A DNA stretch of 64,000 nucleotides from an uncultured Chloroflexia bacterium (GTDB taxonomy: Bacteria > Chloroflexota > Chloroflexia > Thermomicrobiales > CFX8): contig CAVSNU010000003.1 in assembly GCA_963729445.1 (NCBI GenBank), positions 770,550 to 834,549 of the forward strand, written 5' to 3'. Shown here piece after piece: positions 54,695-64,000 of the stretch. Numbering within the stretch: the first letter of the stretch is position 1; each line of letters begins with the position of its first letter. The notes beneath the pieces are model-generated. The model was not told where the DNA came from. It was given only the letters and a program-made list of their open reading frames with translations, and did no database searches. The translations under genes and the position numbers were made by a program.

Positions 54695-56836
54695 TTACCC
54701 GTCCGCGACGATCGCCAGGTCGCTGGTCTCACGAGCTGGCTGGGGCGTCGGCCGGTAGTGCTCCATCGTCAGACACTCGGTTGGGCACCACTCGACGCAG
54801 ATGCCACAACGGATACAGGCCTGCTCGTCGATGACCATCGCGGCTGCGTTCGGGCCGAGCTCGGCACGCGACAACTCGGCCAGCTCGATCTCGTTATCAA
54901 TCGAGTAGATGCGGTCCAGGGAGATCATCTCGATGCACTCGTATGGGCAGGCATCGACACACCCGTTACACAGAATACAGCGGTTACCGTCGATAAAGAT
55001 GTTGAGCTGGCACTGCAGGCAGCGCTTGGCTTCTTCAAAGCCGAGCGGCTTGGTGTAGCCCATTTCGACTTCGATCGTCGTCTCGTTGTCGGCGAAGAGC
55101 CCGCGCTCACCAAGCGGCAGCATCGGAATTTCCTGGCGCTCCACCGAGGCATAGTTGTCACCCCAGCGCAGCCGGCGGCTCATCGCCGCAACCGACCACT
55201 CGGCAACACCCTCGGCCACCAACGGGTTCGGGGTGTGCAGGTCCTCGATCGGCACGCGGGTGATCTCGAAGTCGCGCACCGGGTAGACCGCACCGCGCAA
55301 CGCCGCGTCGACCTCTTTGGACAATCGCTTGCCCTCGCCGATCGCTGAGATGAAGTTGGATGGGTTGGTCACGTAGTCGCCGACCGCCCAAACCTTGGGA
55401 TGCTGGGTGCGCAAGTGTTCGTCCAACACCGGGACACCGCGACGATCGACCTCCGGAAACAGGTCCGGGTCAAGGAAGTCGTTGTTCTGGTACTGACCAA
55501 TGGCGACAATGACCTGGTCGCACTCGATGATGAACTCAGAGCCAGGAACCGGAGTCGGGCGGCGACGGCCGGACGCATCCGGCGGGCCAAGCTCGTTCTT
55601 GACAAACTCAATACCGGCCACGTGGCCATCATCACCGGCGATAATCCGCGTCGGGCCGACCATGTACAGAATCTCGCAACCCTCGAGCTCTGCTTCTTCC
55701 AGCTCGATCTCCATGACCGGGATCTCGTTGATCGAGCGCCGGTAGGTCATGACCGATTTCTGGGCACCCATTCTCAGCACGGTGCGGATACAGTCCATCG
55801 AGGTAAAGCCACCACCAACGGTAACGACGCTCTTCCCGACAAAGACATCCTTCTTATCGAAGTTGACGTCTTCCAGGAAGGTGAGACCGCCGACGACACC
55901 GGGCAGATCCTCACCGGGAATACCCAGCTCGGTCGGGTTCTGGGCACCGGCAGCGATCACGACCGCGTCATGCTTGTCGATGAGCTCGCGCATCGAGATA
56001 TCTTCGCCAACCTTGGTGTTGTAAAGAATCTCCACGCCCAGATCGGTAATGAGCTCGGTCTCTTCGGTAATGACGTCGCGCGGTAGACGCCATTCCGGCA
56101 CTCCGCCCCACATCATGCCGCCTGGAACAGGGAATGCTTCATAGATCGTGCAGCGGTAACCGGCGCGAGACAGCTCGCGAGCGGTGGTCAGCCCGGCCAC
56201 GCCGGCGCCGATGATGCCCACGGTCATGCCGTTTGGCGGTGGGGGGCTCTCACGGCGGGTCTCACCGCGGTAGTCGGCTGCGACCCGTTTCAGGTAACAG
56301 ATGCCGATCGGCTGATCGACCATTTGCCGCCGGCAGGCATCCTCGCAGGGGCGGGCACACATCCGGCCAAGACAGCCAGGGAAAACGTTGTGCTCCCGGT
56401 TCAGCTCATATGAATCGGAATAGCGGCCATCGGCGATCAACGCCAGATAACGCGAGATATCAGTATGCGACGGGCAGGCCGTCTGGCAGGGGATGTTTGC
56501 GGCGAACCACGCCTGGTCGCCAGTGAAGACCTGGTAGCGCGAGCCAGAGCGCACCGTGAACGGAGAGAACAACTCCTGGTCAACGAATGCCAACAGGCGA
56601 ATGCGCCGCGTATCGTCGACTGGGGTAATTTCCATATCCTGGTTGACGATGCCTCGCGATACGTAGGCACCGATGACGTCGCTCACATCAGCACTGCTGA
56701 GTTGCTCGAACCGGTCGGCCGACGCTCCACACGACGGACACTCGGAGAACGTGAGGTCGCCCTCTGTAATGAAAGCGCAGACGCGGCACCGGTAGAAGAC
56801 TCCGTGTCCGTTCTGGGCCTCGCGACTGGTAGCCAT
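54695..56836 (-). CDS. GltD-family NAD(P)H flavin oxidoreductase fused to an N-terminal rubredoxin-like Zn-ribbon and C-terminal 2x[4Fe-4S] ferredoxin domain
   Basis: Intact 713-aa ORF with AGGAGG RBS. The N-terminus has YRCRVCAFI...CPSCG. The GltD Fe-S region (CQTACPSHTDI, CLGRMCARPCEDACRR) and dinucleotide folds (VGIIGAGVAGLTTA, VVTVGGGFTSMD) are present. The C-terminus has CILCNGCVDACPYEC and CIRCGICVEWCPTEC. Confidence 0.8.
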   Translation of the reverse strand: MATSREAQNGHGVFYRCRVCAFITEGDLTFSECPSCGASADRFEQLSSADVSDVIGAYVSRGIVNQDMEITPVDDTRRIRLLAFVDQELFSPFTVRSGSRYQVFTGDQAWFAANIPCQTACPSHTDISRYLALIADGRYSDSYELNREHNVFPGCLGRMCARPCEDACRRQMVDQPIGICYLKRVAADYRGETRRESPPPPNGMTVGIIGAGVAGLTTARELSRAGYRCTIYEAFPVPGGMMWGGVPEWRLPRDVITEETELITDLGVEILYNTKVGEDISMRELIDKHDAVVIAAGAQNPTELGIPGEDLPGVVGGLTFLEDVNFDKKDVFVGKSVVTVGGGFTSMDCIRTVLRMGAQKSVMTYRRSINEIPVMEIELEEAELEGCEILYMVGPTRIIAGDDGHVAGIEFVKNELGPPDASGRRRPTPVPGSEFIIECDQVIVAIGQYQNNDFLDPDLFPEVDRRGVPVLDEHLRTQHPKVWAVGDYVTNPSNFISAIGEGKRLSKEVDAALRGAVYPVRDFEITRVPIEDLHTPNPLVAEGVAEWSVAAMSRRLRWGDNYASVERQEIPMLPLGERGLFADNETTIEVEMGYTKPLGFEEAKRCLQCQLNIFIDGNRCILCNGCVDACPYECIEMISLDRIYSIDNEIELAELSRAELGPNAAAMVIDEQACIRCGICVEWCPTECLTMEHYRPTPQPARETSDLAIVADG

Positions 56837-57261
56837 GGTGGTTCCTCCTGCTGGATATCCGTCCCGTGTATAACAAGCGTGGCCTCGTCGTTTGGTGGGA
56901 GTCTAGCGGGCCACACATGGAGATCTCTAGCGTCAGCAGGCGAGCGAACTGAACGTCATGCGAAAACGGCTTCACCCTGCTCATGACGGCACACTCCACC
57001 TAGCGTGCCACCTTCTCAGGCTAGTATACCGAGATTATTGTGATTTTCGACGATAGGAGCGAATTGACCGTACTCGTGTGTCCGCTGGAGGTTTATGGGG
57101 AATGAAAAATCTTGGGTCGTATGCGCGTACGTACCGCCGCTCGCGACACTCCTACAGCGCTTGTCCCGGCCGATTGTCTTCTCGACCAAAGCCCGTTCGA
57201 CTGCCCTCAGGGTAGGCTCTGCGGAACAAAGGATCCCTAACCCTACGGTGCAACGGTTACG

Positions 57262-57370
57262 CAGCGTTGTTCATCAGTCATCCTGACGTCAGGAAGGATG
57301 ACGAACATGCGCAGGACGACCGAGGAAGGCGCTCGCGATGACTGGATCGGCGCTCAGGATCACCAGGCAC
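57262..57370. repeat. Family B repeat (AGTCATCCTGA... units), locus 2
   Basis: The hairpin is GTTCATCAGTCATCCTGACG / TCAGGAAGGATGACGAAC. Inverted-orientation units follow: GGCGCTCGCGATGACTGG and GGCGCTCAGGATCACC (reverse complement of GTCATCCTGAGCGCC). Confidence 0.55.
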
Positions 57371-57493
57371 ACAGAAACGATCGCAAAAGGCCGCCGATCG
57401 CCGTGCCGCTGACGTTGATGCCAATGGGTGAGAGATCACTGCGATTCCAAGGAGTACTCGGCGGTCGACACGACAACCATTGTGGATACCGCT

Positions 57494-58069
57494 TTAGTAC
57501 GGCACCTCGGTCACCGGCACGCTCATCCCGAGATCCGAATGCTGCCTGGGATCGAAGATATCCAGGTGGTCGTTCAGCAACCCGAACACCTCGATCGGGA
57601 ACTCCACGCCGCTCAAATCAGCAAGCGCCCCGACCGCCATTGGCGTCGCCTCGGCCGCGGTGAGGGCATGCACGAAGTCCGTCATCGTTGCGCCAGTGAG
57701 GATCAGGTTGTCGATCACAAGTACGCGTTTGCCATCGAGTGTCTCAGGGCCGGTTGAGAAGTGGAGCGCGCCGTCCTTGTGCGACGAGTAGACCACGGGG
57801 CGCCGTGGTTCCAGGAAGTAACTGACCCACTGCGCGAGCCCTGCGCCCCAGATGGACGGAGTAGCGACCATATCCACGCGCAGCAAAAAGAAATGCTTGG
57901 CGAGGGCATAGCCCAGGCGGCTCGCCAGATGAGGGTCCGACAACAGTCGATCGCGATCGAGGAGCTTGAGAGCATGCATTCCAGAACGGAAGGCAAAGTG
58001 TCCATCGGAGATAAAACCGGCCGCCCGGACATCGTCGAATAGCTGCGTCGTTCGGCGCGTACCGACCAC
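57494..58069 (-). CDS. Phosphoribosyltransferase-family protein (orotate PRTase-like)
   Basis: Intact 191-aa ORF with the PRPP-binding motif KRVLVIDNLILTGATM. Confidence 0.65.
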   Translation of the reverse strand: MVGTRRTTQLFDDVRAAGFISDGHFAFRSGMHALKLLDRDRLLSDPHLASRLGYALAKHFFLLRVDMVATPSIWGAGLAQWVSYFLEPRRPVVYSSHKDGALHFSTGPETLDGKRVLVIDNLILTGATMTDFVHALTAAEATPMAVGALADLSGVEFPIEVFGLLNDHLDIFDPRQHSDLGMSVPVTEVPY

Positions 58070-58095
58070 ATTGCCCTCCCCTGGTTTACACGTCC

Positions 58096-58605
58096 TTACG
58101 TCGTCTGATCGCGTGGCTTCAATGCCTCTTCTCCAACAACCAGGCCATACTCTTCGAGCGCGTCGTCGCGTTCATCCACCACGGCGTCGGCGCCGATGCC
58201 GGCCTCCGCCATCCTGCGTTCGCTTTGATAGCGGCGCACGGCGGCCTTCAGCGTCCCCAGCGCCAGCGTGGCGCAACGGGTGCGCGTCTGCACGACCTCT
58301 CTGCCTAACAGGTCCATCATGTCACTGTAGTCAGTGTCGAGGATATCCTGCATGGTCCAGCTCTCGTCATGCACCAGCTCCATGAGAATCGAGGCTGCCG
58401 CCTGGCTGATCGTGCAGCCCTCGCCTTCCCAGGAAACCTCGGCCACTGGCTCGCCATGCTCACCGGCGCGCAGATAGACCATCACCACGTCGCCGCAGCC
58501 AGGGTTACCGCCAGGCATCGTGACATCAGGTTCTTCCAGCTTATGGCGGTGGCGTGGGTTCTCAAAATGATCGAGCAGAACCTCGATCGCCTCTTGTCTA
58601 TCCAA
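58096..58605 (-). CDS. sufU: SufU/IscU-like Fe-S assembly sulfur-acceptor/scaffold protein
   Basis: Intact 169-aa ORF with LLDHFENPRH, NPGCGDVV, GEGCTISQAAASIL and RTRCATLALGTL (three conserved Cys). Confidence 0.8.
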   Translation of the reverse strand: MDRQEAIEVLLDHFENPRHRHKLEEPDVTMPGGNPGCGDVVMVYLRAGEHGEPVAEVSWEGEGCTISQAAASILMELVHDESWTMQDILDTDYSDMMDLLGREVVQTRTRCATLALGTLKAAVRRYQSERRMAEAGIGADAVVDERDDALEEYGLVVGEEALKPRDQTT

Positions 58606-58727
58606 GGAATATTCCTGACTATGATTACCTAAGTTTCGCGACGCTTACTCCAGAAATGTACCCTACGCCGCTATGTGAGAGGGGCGGAACGATGCCTGTT
58701 CCGCCCCAGACGTTGCTGTGGGTTCGC

Positions 58728-59639
58728 TTAGCGCTCGATCGGCACGCGCAGGACGTTGCCCCATTCGGTCCAGGAGCCGTCATAGTTGCGGACATTCGGG
58801 TAACCCAGCAGCTCATGCAGGACGAACCAGCTATGCGCGGAGCGCTCACCAATGCGGCAGTAGACGACGACGTCACTGTCGGGTGTAATGCCACGCGATT
58901 CATAGAGCTCCTTGAGCTCGTCAGCGGGCTTGAAGGTCCCGTCCTCGTTGGCCGCCAGGGCCCATGGAATGCTCGCTGCGCCGGGAATGTGCCCCCCGCG
59001 CAGGGCACCCTCCTGCGGGTAATCCGGCATATGTAGCGTTTCGCCACTGTACTCACCCGGTGAGCGGACATCAACGAGGGGCTTGCTCTCCCCGACCTTG
59101 TTGCGATTCTGGTCGTAGCCGATGTGCTGCAACACGTCGTCCCGGAAGGCGCGTAGCTCTTCGCGCGGCGCAGCACCGCTATACTCTGTCGGCTCAATCT
59201 GAGGCTTCTCACGGGTCATCGGCTTGTTTTCAGCCTCCCACTTGGCCCGGCCGCCGTCCATGATCTTCACGTTGTCGTGGCCCATATAGCGGAAGAACCA
59301 GTATGCGTAAGCCGCCCACCAGTTGTTGCGGTCGCCGTAGAAAATGACGGTCGTCTCCGGCGTAATCCCGAAACGACTCATCAACTGATTGAAGCCTTCG
59401 GCATCAATAAAATCGCGCACCAGGGGATCCTGCAAGTCCTCGTGCCAATCGATCTTCACCGAGCCCGGCACGTGGCCGATTTCGTAGAGCAGCACGTCTT
59501 CGTCGGATTCCACAATCCGAAGACCTGGATCATTGGCGTGCTCCAACACCCAATCGGTGGAGACAAGAACGTCAGGGTTTACATACCCTTTATCGACAGA
59601 CACCACGTTGTCCTTCCTCTTCTCGAATACGACATCCAA
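58728..59639 (-). CDS. Two-domain rhodanese (thiosulfate sulfurtransferase)
   Basis: Intact 303-aa ORF with the active-site loop [17 protein letters not shown] and tandem rhodanese domains. Confidence 0.85.
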   Translation of the reverse strand: MDVVFEKRKDNVVSVDKGYVNPDVLVSTDWVLEHANDPGLRIVESDEDVLLYEIGHVPGSVKIDWHEDLQDPLVRDFIDAEGFNQLMSRFGITPETTVIFYGDRNNWWAAYAYWFFRYMGHDNVKIMDGGRAKWEAENKPMTREKPQIEPTEYSGAAPREELRAFRDDVLQHIGYDQNRNKVGESKPLVDVRSPGEYSGETLHMPDYPQEGALRGGHIPGAASIPWALAANEDGTFKPADELKELYESRGITPDSDVVVYCRIGERSAHSWFVLHELLGYPNVRNYDGSWTEWGNVLRVPIER

Positions 59640-59721
59640 ATATGAGATGAAACCCTTGATGCGCCTGTGGCTGAGCGCGTCTATCTTCGGTTTCCCTGGC
59701 GTTATACAACACAGGGATGCC

Positions 59722-59750
59722 TTGACTAATTCCGAGTATATTGCTATGGT
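59722..59750 (+). promoter_or_regulatory. Candidate promoter of the fur-family gene, with an adjacent direct repeat
   Basis: TTGACT, a 17-nt spacer, then TATGGT. Immediately downstream is TAGTCAATAGTAGTCATT (59757-59775, TAGTCA x2), a possible operator. It lies in an AT-rich divergent gap. Confidence 0.35.
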
Positions 59751-59786
59751 TTTGGGTAGTCAATAGTAGTCATTCTTAACTGGGAA

Positions 59787-60245
59787 TTGTTCTCAAACAT
59801 GCAGGTAGATCCAACAACCAATCTGCTCGGACGTGAGTTGCCAGTTGGGGTACGGATGACACCACAACGCCTGGCGATCTTACGTGAGGTGCGTAGTGTC
59901 GGCGGCCACATGACGGCTGGAGAAATCTACGAGCGAGTTCGCGCGAAGAACCCGACCGTCGCCTATGGCACTGTCTACCGTACGCTGCACCTTCTGGCCG
60001 AGCACGGCGCGATCCTGGAGTTCCCTTTCGGGGACCAGGCCAGCCGCTTCGACGGCCGCACGGAGCGTCATGACCACGTCCACTGCACGGTTTGCGGAAC
60101 ACTTGTCGATGTAGAGGTGCCAAGCGCCCTTCTGGCACGTCACGTGGCAGAGGAGCAGACGGGCTTTGCGATCGAGGGCCACCAGACCATATTTGTTGGT
60201 GTTTGTCCCAAGTGCCAGACAGATGGTCGAGAGGGGAGATTTTGA
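59787..60245 (+). CDS. fur: Fur-family metalloregulator (Fur/PerR/Zur type)
   Basis: Intact ORF (alternative TTG start, or ATG at 59799). Motifs are RMTPQRLAILREV, YRTLHLLAEHG, HDHVHCTVCG and CPKC. Confidence 0.8.
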   Translation: MFSNMQVDPTTNLLGRELPVGVRMTPQRLAILREVRSVGGHMTAGEIYERVRAKNPTVAYGTVYRTLHLLAEHGAILEFPFGDQASRFDGRTERHDHVHCTVCGTLVDVEVPSALLARHVAEEQTGFAIEGHQTIFVGVCPKCQTDGREGRF

Positions 60246-60357
60246 CCAACGTGGCGCCGGCCGGGTGATTCCGGCTTGAGTGCCGTCTAACATGCTGGTC
60301 GCCCGGGTTCCGGCTCGGGTCGAAGATTACCTTGTGAAGTGGGGAAGAAACATACCA

Positions 60358-61165
60358 ATGAGCCAAGAGCCATTATTCGTTATCGAAAACCTGCACGCCG
60401 GCATCGAGGGCAAGGAGATCCTCAAGGGCGTCAACCTCGACGATCAACCGGGGCGAGATCCACGCGCTGATGGGCCCGAACGGCTCCGGCAAGAGCACGC
60501 TCGCCTACGCTGTCGCCGGCCACCCGTCCTATGAAGTGACCGAGGGCAGGGTCCGCTACAAGGGCGAGGACATCCTCGAGCTGGGTCCGGACGAGCGCGC
60601 CCAGCAGGGCATCTTCCTCGCCTTCCAGTACCCGACCGTCATCCCCGGCGTCTCGATGGCGAACTTCCTGCGCATGGCCGTCACCAACGTCCGCAACGCC
60701 CGCGCCGAGGACATCGCCGCAACGGCGGCGAGGCCAAGCCGTTCACCCCGCGCGAGTTCCGCCGCCTGATGCGCGAGAAGATGGCGCTGCTGAAGATGGA
60801 CGACGTCGTTCGCCACCCGCTACCTGAACGAAGGCTTCTCCGGCGGCGAGAAGAAGCGCGCCGAGATCCTGCAGATGGCGCTGCTCGAGCCCGAGCTCTG
60901 GCCGTCCTGGACGAGACCGACTCCGGCCTCGACATCGACGCGCTGCGCGTCGTCTCCGAGGGCGTCAACGCACTGATCGAGCCGCGACATGGGCGATGCT
61001 GCTGATCACCCACTACCAGCGGCTGCTCAACTACATCAAGCCGGACTTCGTCCACATCATGATGGACGGCCGCATCGTCGCGAGCGGCGGCCCGGAACTC
61101 GCGCACGAGCTCGAAGCCAAGGGCTACGAGAGGCTTCGCGACGAGTTGTCGCGGCAGCCGGCTAA
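60358..61165 (+). pseudogene. sufC: Fe-S assembly ATPase SufC; at least 5 frame breaks; 3' end uncertain
   Basis: The start [27 protein letters not shown] lies in ORF 60280..60534. [23 protein letters not shown]...[10 protein letters not shown] lies in 60470..60769. [22 protein letters not shown] lies in the 60769 frame. [26 protein letters not shown] is my translation of a third frame. [14 protein letters not shown] lies in 60769..61005. [31 protein letters not shown] lies in 60996... Breaks are at about 60445, 60720, 60812, 60898 and 60990. Candidate stops are at 61163-61165 or 61183-61185. Confidence 0.85.
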
Positions 61166-61219
61166 CCAGCATAGCGCTGATCTGACGTTGTCCAGCCGCG
61201 CATACGCCGAGAAGGAGCA

Positions 61220-62632
<1,413 letters not shown>

Positions 62633-62680
62633 CGACCTGACGGCGCTCGATTGTCCTCGTGACGACCGATGATCGTGGTA

Positions 62681-62745
62681 GGGAGGGGCTTGTCCCCTCC
62701 CGGCTGCGAACCCGTGATTGAGGGAGCGGGACAGGCCCCTCCCCT
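62681..62745. repeat. Family C GC-rich hairpins (GGGAGGGGC..GCCCCTCCC type) between sufB and sufD
   Basis: GGGAGGGG-CTTGT-CCCCTCCC (62681-62701) and an imperfect second copy GGGAGCGGGACAGGCCCCTCCCC (about 62722-62744). They resemble the hairpins at 26190-26257. Confidence 0.4.
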
Positions 62746-62790
62746 GGCGAATCATGTCAGGCGCAGCTCAGCTCTATTAGGGGAGAACAT

Positions 62791-64000
62791 ATGTCTACAA
62801 GCATCAAGGGGGCGACGAAGGGGTTCTCACGCGAAGCGGTGGAAGAACTCTCGCATCGCCGCAACGAGCCAGAGTGGTTATTGAAGAAGCGTCTTGAGGC
62901 GTGGGCGCAGTACGAAGAGATGCCCATGCCGAATCGCAAGGACGAGGAGTGGCGCAGGACCGACATTCGCGATCTCCCGATCGACGAGGTCGCGCCGTTC
63001 GGCGAGTTCACGTCGCGCCTGTCGAGTCGCGACGAGCTGCCTGAGTCCGTGAAGACGTCCCTTGCGAGCCGCGGGTGAGCTATCCGGCGTCGTCGTCCAG
63101 AACGACTCGTCGATTATTTACCACGAGGTCGATCCGGCGCTAGCGGCACAGGGTGTCATCTTCGCGGATTTCGACACTGCAATCGCCGAGCACCCTGACC
63201 TGCTGCAGAAGTACTTCATGACTGAAGAGATCGTGCCGGCGAGCGACAACAAGTTCGCCGCGCTGCACGGAGCTTTCTGGACCACCGGAACGTTCGTCTA
63301 CGTGCCGGCCAACGTCGAGGTCGAGCTTCCATTCCGCGCATTCACCACGCTCAGCACGCCTGGCATCGGCACCTTCTCCCATACGCTGATCGTGGCCGAG
63401 GACAACGCTCGCGTCACCTTCATCGACTACTGCCAGTCTGAGACGCTGGACGAAGAGTCGATTACCGACAACGTCGTTGAGCTGCACGCCGCCACCGGCG
63501 CTGAGCTACGCTACATCCAGATCCAGGACTGGGGCCGCCATGTGTGGAACTTTCACACACAGACCGGGGTCGTCCATCAGGATGCCGCCATCAAGAGCTG
63601 AACGTCGCTCTCGGTTCGCAGCTGAGCAAGGGCATGATCTCATCGACACTCGCCGGCCCGGGCTCGCAGGTCGAGATGCTGGGGCTCTACTTCGCCGACG
63701 AAGACCAGCACATGGACCACCAGACCCGCCAATTCCACCAGTCGCCCTATGCGTCTAGCGACCTGCTCTTCAAGGGCACGGTGAAGGGCCAGGCGCGAAC
63801 GGTCTTCTCCGGTACCATCAAGGTAGCTGCCGAAGGCACACGGCACCGACTCCTATCAGGCCAACCGCAACCTCAGCTTGAGCCCGAAGGCTCGTATTGA
63901 CACGATGCCGAAGCTTGAGATTGAGGCCAACGACGTGCGCTGTACCCACGGCGCGACCATCTCGCAGATCGAAGAGGACTACATCTTCTATCTCATGAGC
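62791..64000 (+). pseudogene. sufD: Fe-S assembly protein SufD; at least 3 frame breaks; runs off the window end
   Basis: ORF 62791..63078 gives RNEPEWLLKKRLEAWAQYEEMPMPNRKDEEWRRTDI. ORF 63062..63601 gives DNKFAALHGAFWTTGTFVYVPANVEVELP...HTLIVAEDNARVTFID. ORF 63544..63900 gives QHMDHQTRQFHQSPYASSDLLFKGTVKGQARTVFSGTIKV. The last frame gives DSYQANRNLSLSPKARIDTMPKLEIEANDVRCTHGATISQIEEDYIFYLMS. Confidence 0.85.

Overview
High-GC (roughly 60%+) bacterial chromosomal segment, densely coding on both strands: about 60 protein genes, one tRNA, one T-box leader and three families of intergenic palindromic repeats. There are no integrases, transposases, CRISPR arrays or rRNA. Gene order: solute-binding protein (truncated at the window edge); fused accD-accA; btpA; MerR regulator plus an unknown partner; a cyclic-amide/N-heterocycle block (adenine deaminase, hydantoinase A/B, Zn-peptidase, D-aminoacylase, allantoinase-like amidohydrolase); tig-clpP-clpX; an unknown ORF plus an SCO1664-type kinase-like protein; an 11-kb molybdenum-hydroxylase cluster (coxS-coxL-coxM, coxD, coxE, split xdhC, a MocA-Nudix fusion, and a second orphan large subunit); an 11-gene System I cytochrome c maturation operon; tRNA-Leu(UAG); iscA; leuA(T-box)-leuC-leuD-leuB; a peptide ABC importer; proVWX; a GltD-like flavo-FeS oxidoreductase; and PRTase-sufU-rhodanese lying divergent to fur-sufC-sufB-sufD. 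The dominant anomaly is about 39 reading-frame breaks. They are concentrated in patches (clpXP, leuABC, sufCBD, accDA and others), while nine neighbouring ORFs longer than 450 aa are intact. This looks like patchy indel error rather than decay, and I call these genes 'pseudogene as sequenced'. The most interesting biology is the MocA-Zn-ribbon-Nudix fusion inside the Mo-cofactor maturation cluster. Next are the two AYRGAGR (form II-like) large subunits, one of them orphan, and a Cys-type CcmE (CPSRF) that coexists with CcmH. Two composite palindromic repeat families also each occur at two loci. I found no clearly new multi-gene system, and nothing here resembles a known defence island. Taxonomic guess: Chloroflexota/Thermomicrobia-like (low confidence). 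Coordinates I derived myself, rather than from the ORF track, may be off by 1-3 nt.
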